DNA of 29,653 bases from IMG/VR virus record IMGVR_UViG_3300005512_000233, positions 1 through 29,653 of that record. One strand, 5' to 3'. The position numbers and the translations under genes are program-made. The stretch comes from a virus. Taxonomy: Duplodnaviria; Caudoviricetes. Positions 29,490 through 29,653 of this stretch are shown piece after piece. The notes under the pieces are model-generated. The model was given only the letters and a program-made list of their open reading frames with translations, searched no databases and was not told where the DNA came from. The number at the start of each line of letters is the position of its first letter. The stretch's first letter is position 1.

Positions 29490-29653
29490 AAATATTACAA
29501 AAGAACAGTTGGAAATCTTATATAATGATAAAAAAATGACTTTGGATAGTATTGGAGAATATTTTGGATATGCAGATCGTCAACCTATTATTAGATTATT
29601 TAAAAACTTTAATATAAAAACGAGGTCAAGATCAGAAAATTCTAATTTAGTAT
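29464..29653 (+). CDS. 3'-partial ORF with N-terminal HTH-like domain, probable free-standing homing endonuclease
   Basis: Not in the ORF track. ATG at 29464 with GGAG at 29454-29457, open to the window end: MSNLKTNSKNITKEQLEILYNDKKMTLDSIGEYFGYADRQPIIRLFKNFNIKTRSRSENSNLV. It overlaps the gp17 fragment by 26 nt. The nuclease domain is not visible, so the identity is inferred from context. Confidence 0.65.
   Translation, partial: MSNLKTNSKNITKEQLEILYNDKKMTLDSIGEYFGYADRQPIIRLFKNFNIKTRSRSENSNLV

Noticed and set aside
29403-29653. Group I intron or pseudogenisation as the cause of the gp17 truncation
   Set aside because: The in-frame tail matches TerL N-intein features at a known intein site and no intron core is visible. 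It cannot be fully excluded without downstream sequence.
1-29653. CRISPR arrays, tRNA/rRNA genes, diversity-generating retroelement repeats, Rho-independent terminators
   Set aside because: The window is almost entirely coding with intergenic gaps under 50 nt. No spaced repeats, long near-identical pairs, reverse transcriptase or GC stem plus U-tract were seen by eye.

Overview
AT-rich segment of a T4-like myovirus genome with cyanophage/Kyanoviridae-style gene order. All real genes are on the + strand and form the late structural block: a giant gp7-like baseplate protein (5'-truncated, apparently split into two ORFs), gp8, a 2533-aa VrlC/DUF4815-like protein, a small ORF, gp13, gp14, gp15, gp16, three accessory ORFs and gp17 (large terminase). 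The most unusual part is the terminase locus at 28092-29653. gp17 carries a 174-aa contiguous mini-intein in its Walker A motif. It then stops early after a 28-aa Ser1 N-intein at the EFE site known from atypically split TerL inteins, so the gene appears fractured. An overlapping HTH-starting ORF, probably a free-standing homing endonuclease, follows; it has a late promoter inside the intein fragment and a hairpin that could sequester its RBS and AUG. The first intein looks like a re-fused or slippage-switchable split intein: an A8 run, out-of-frame TAG TGA, an ATG and a degenerate C2H2 zinc-finger remnant sit at the atypical split position. All family assignments come from motif recognition by eye; no database searches were run.
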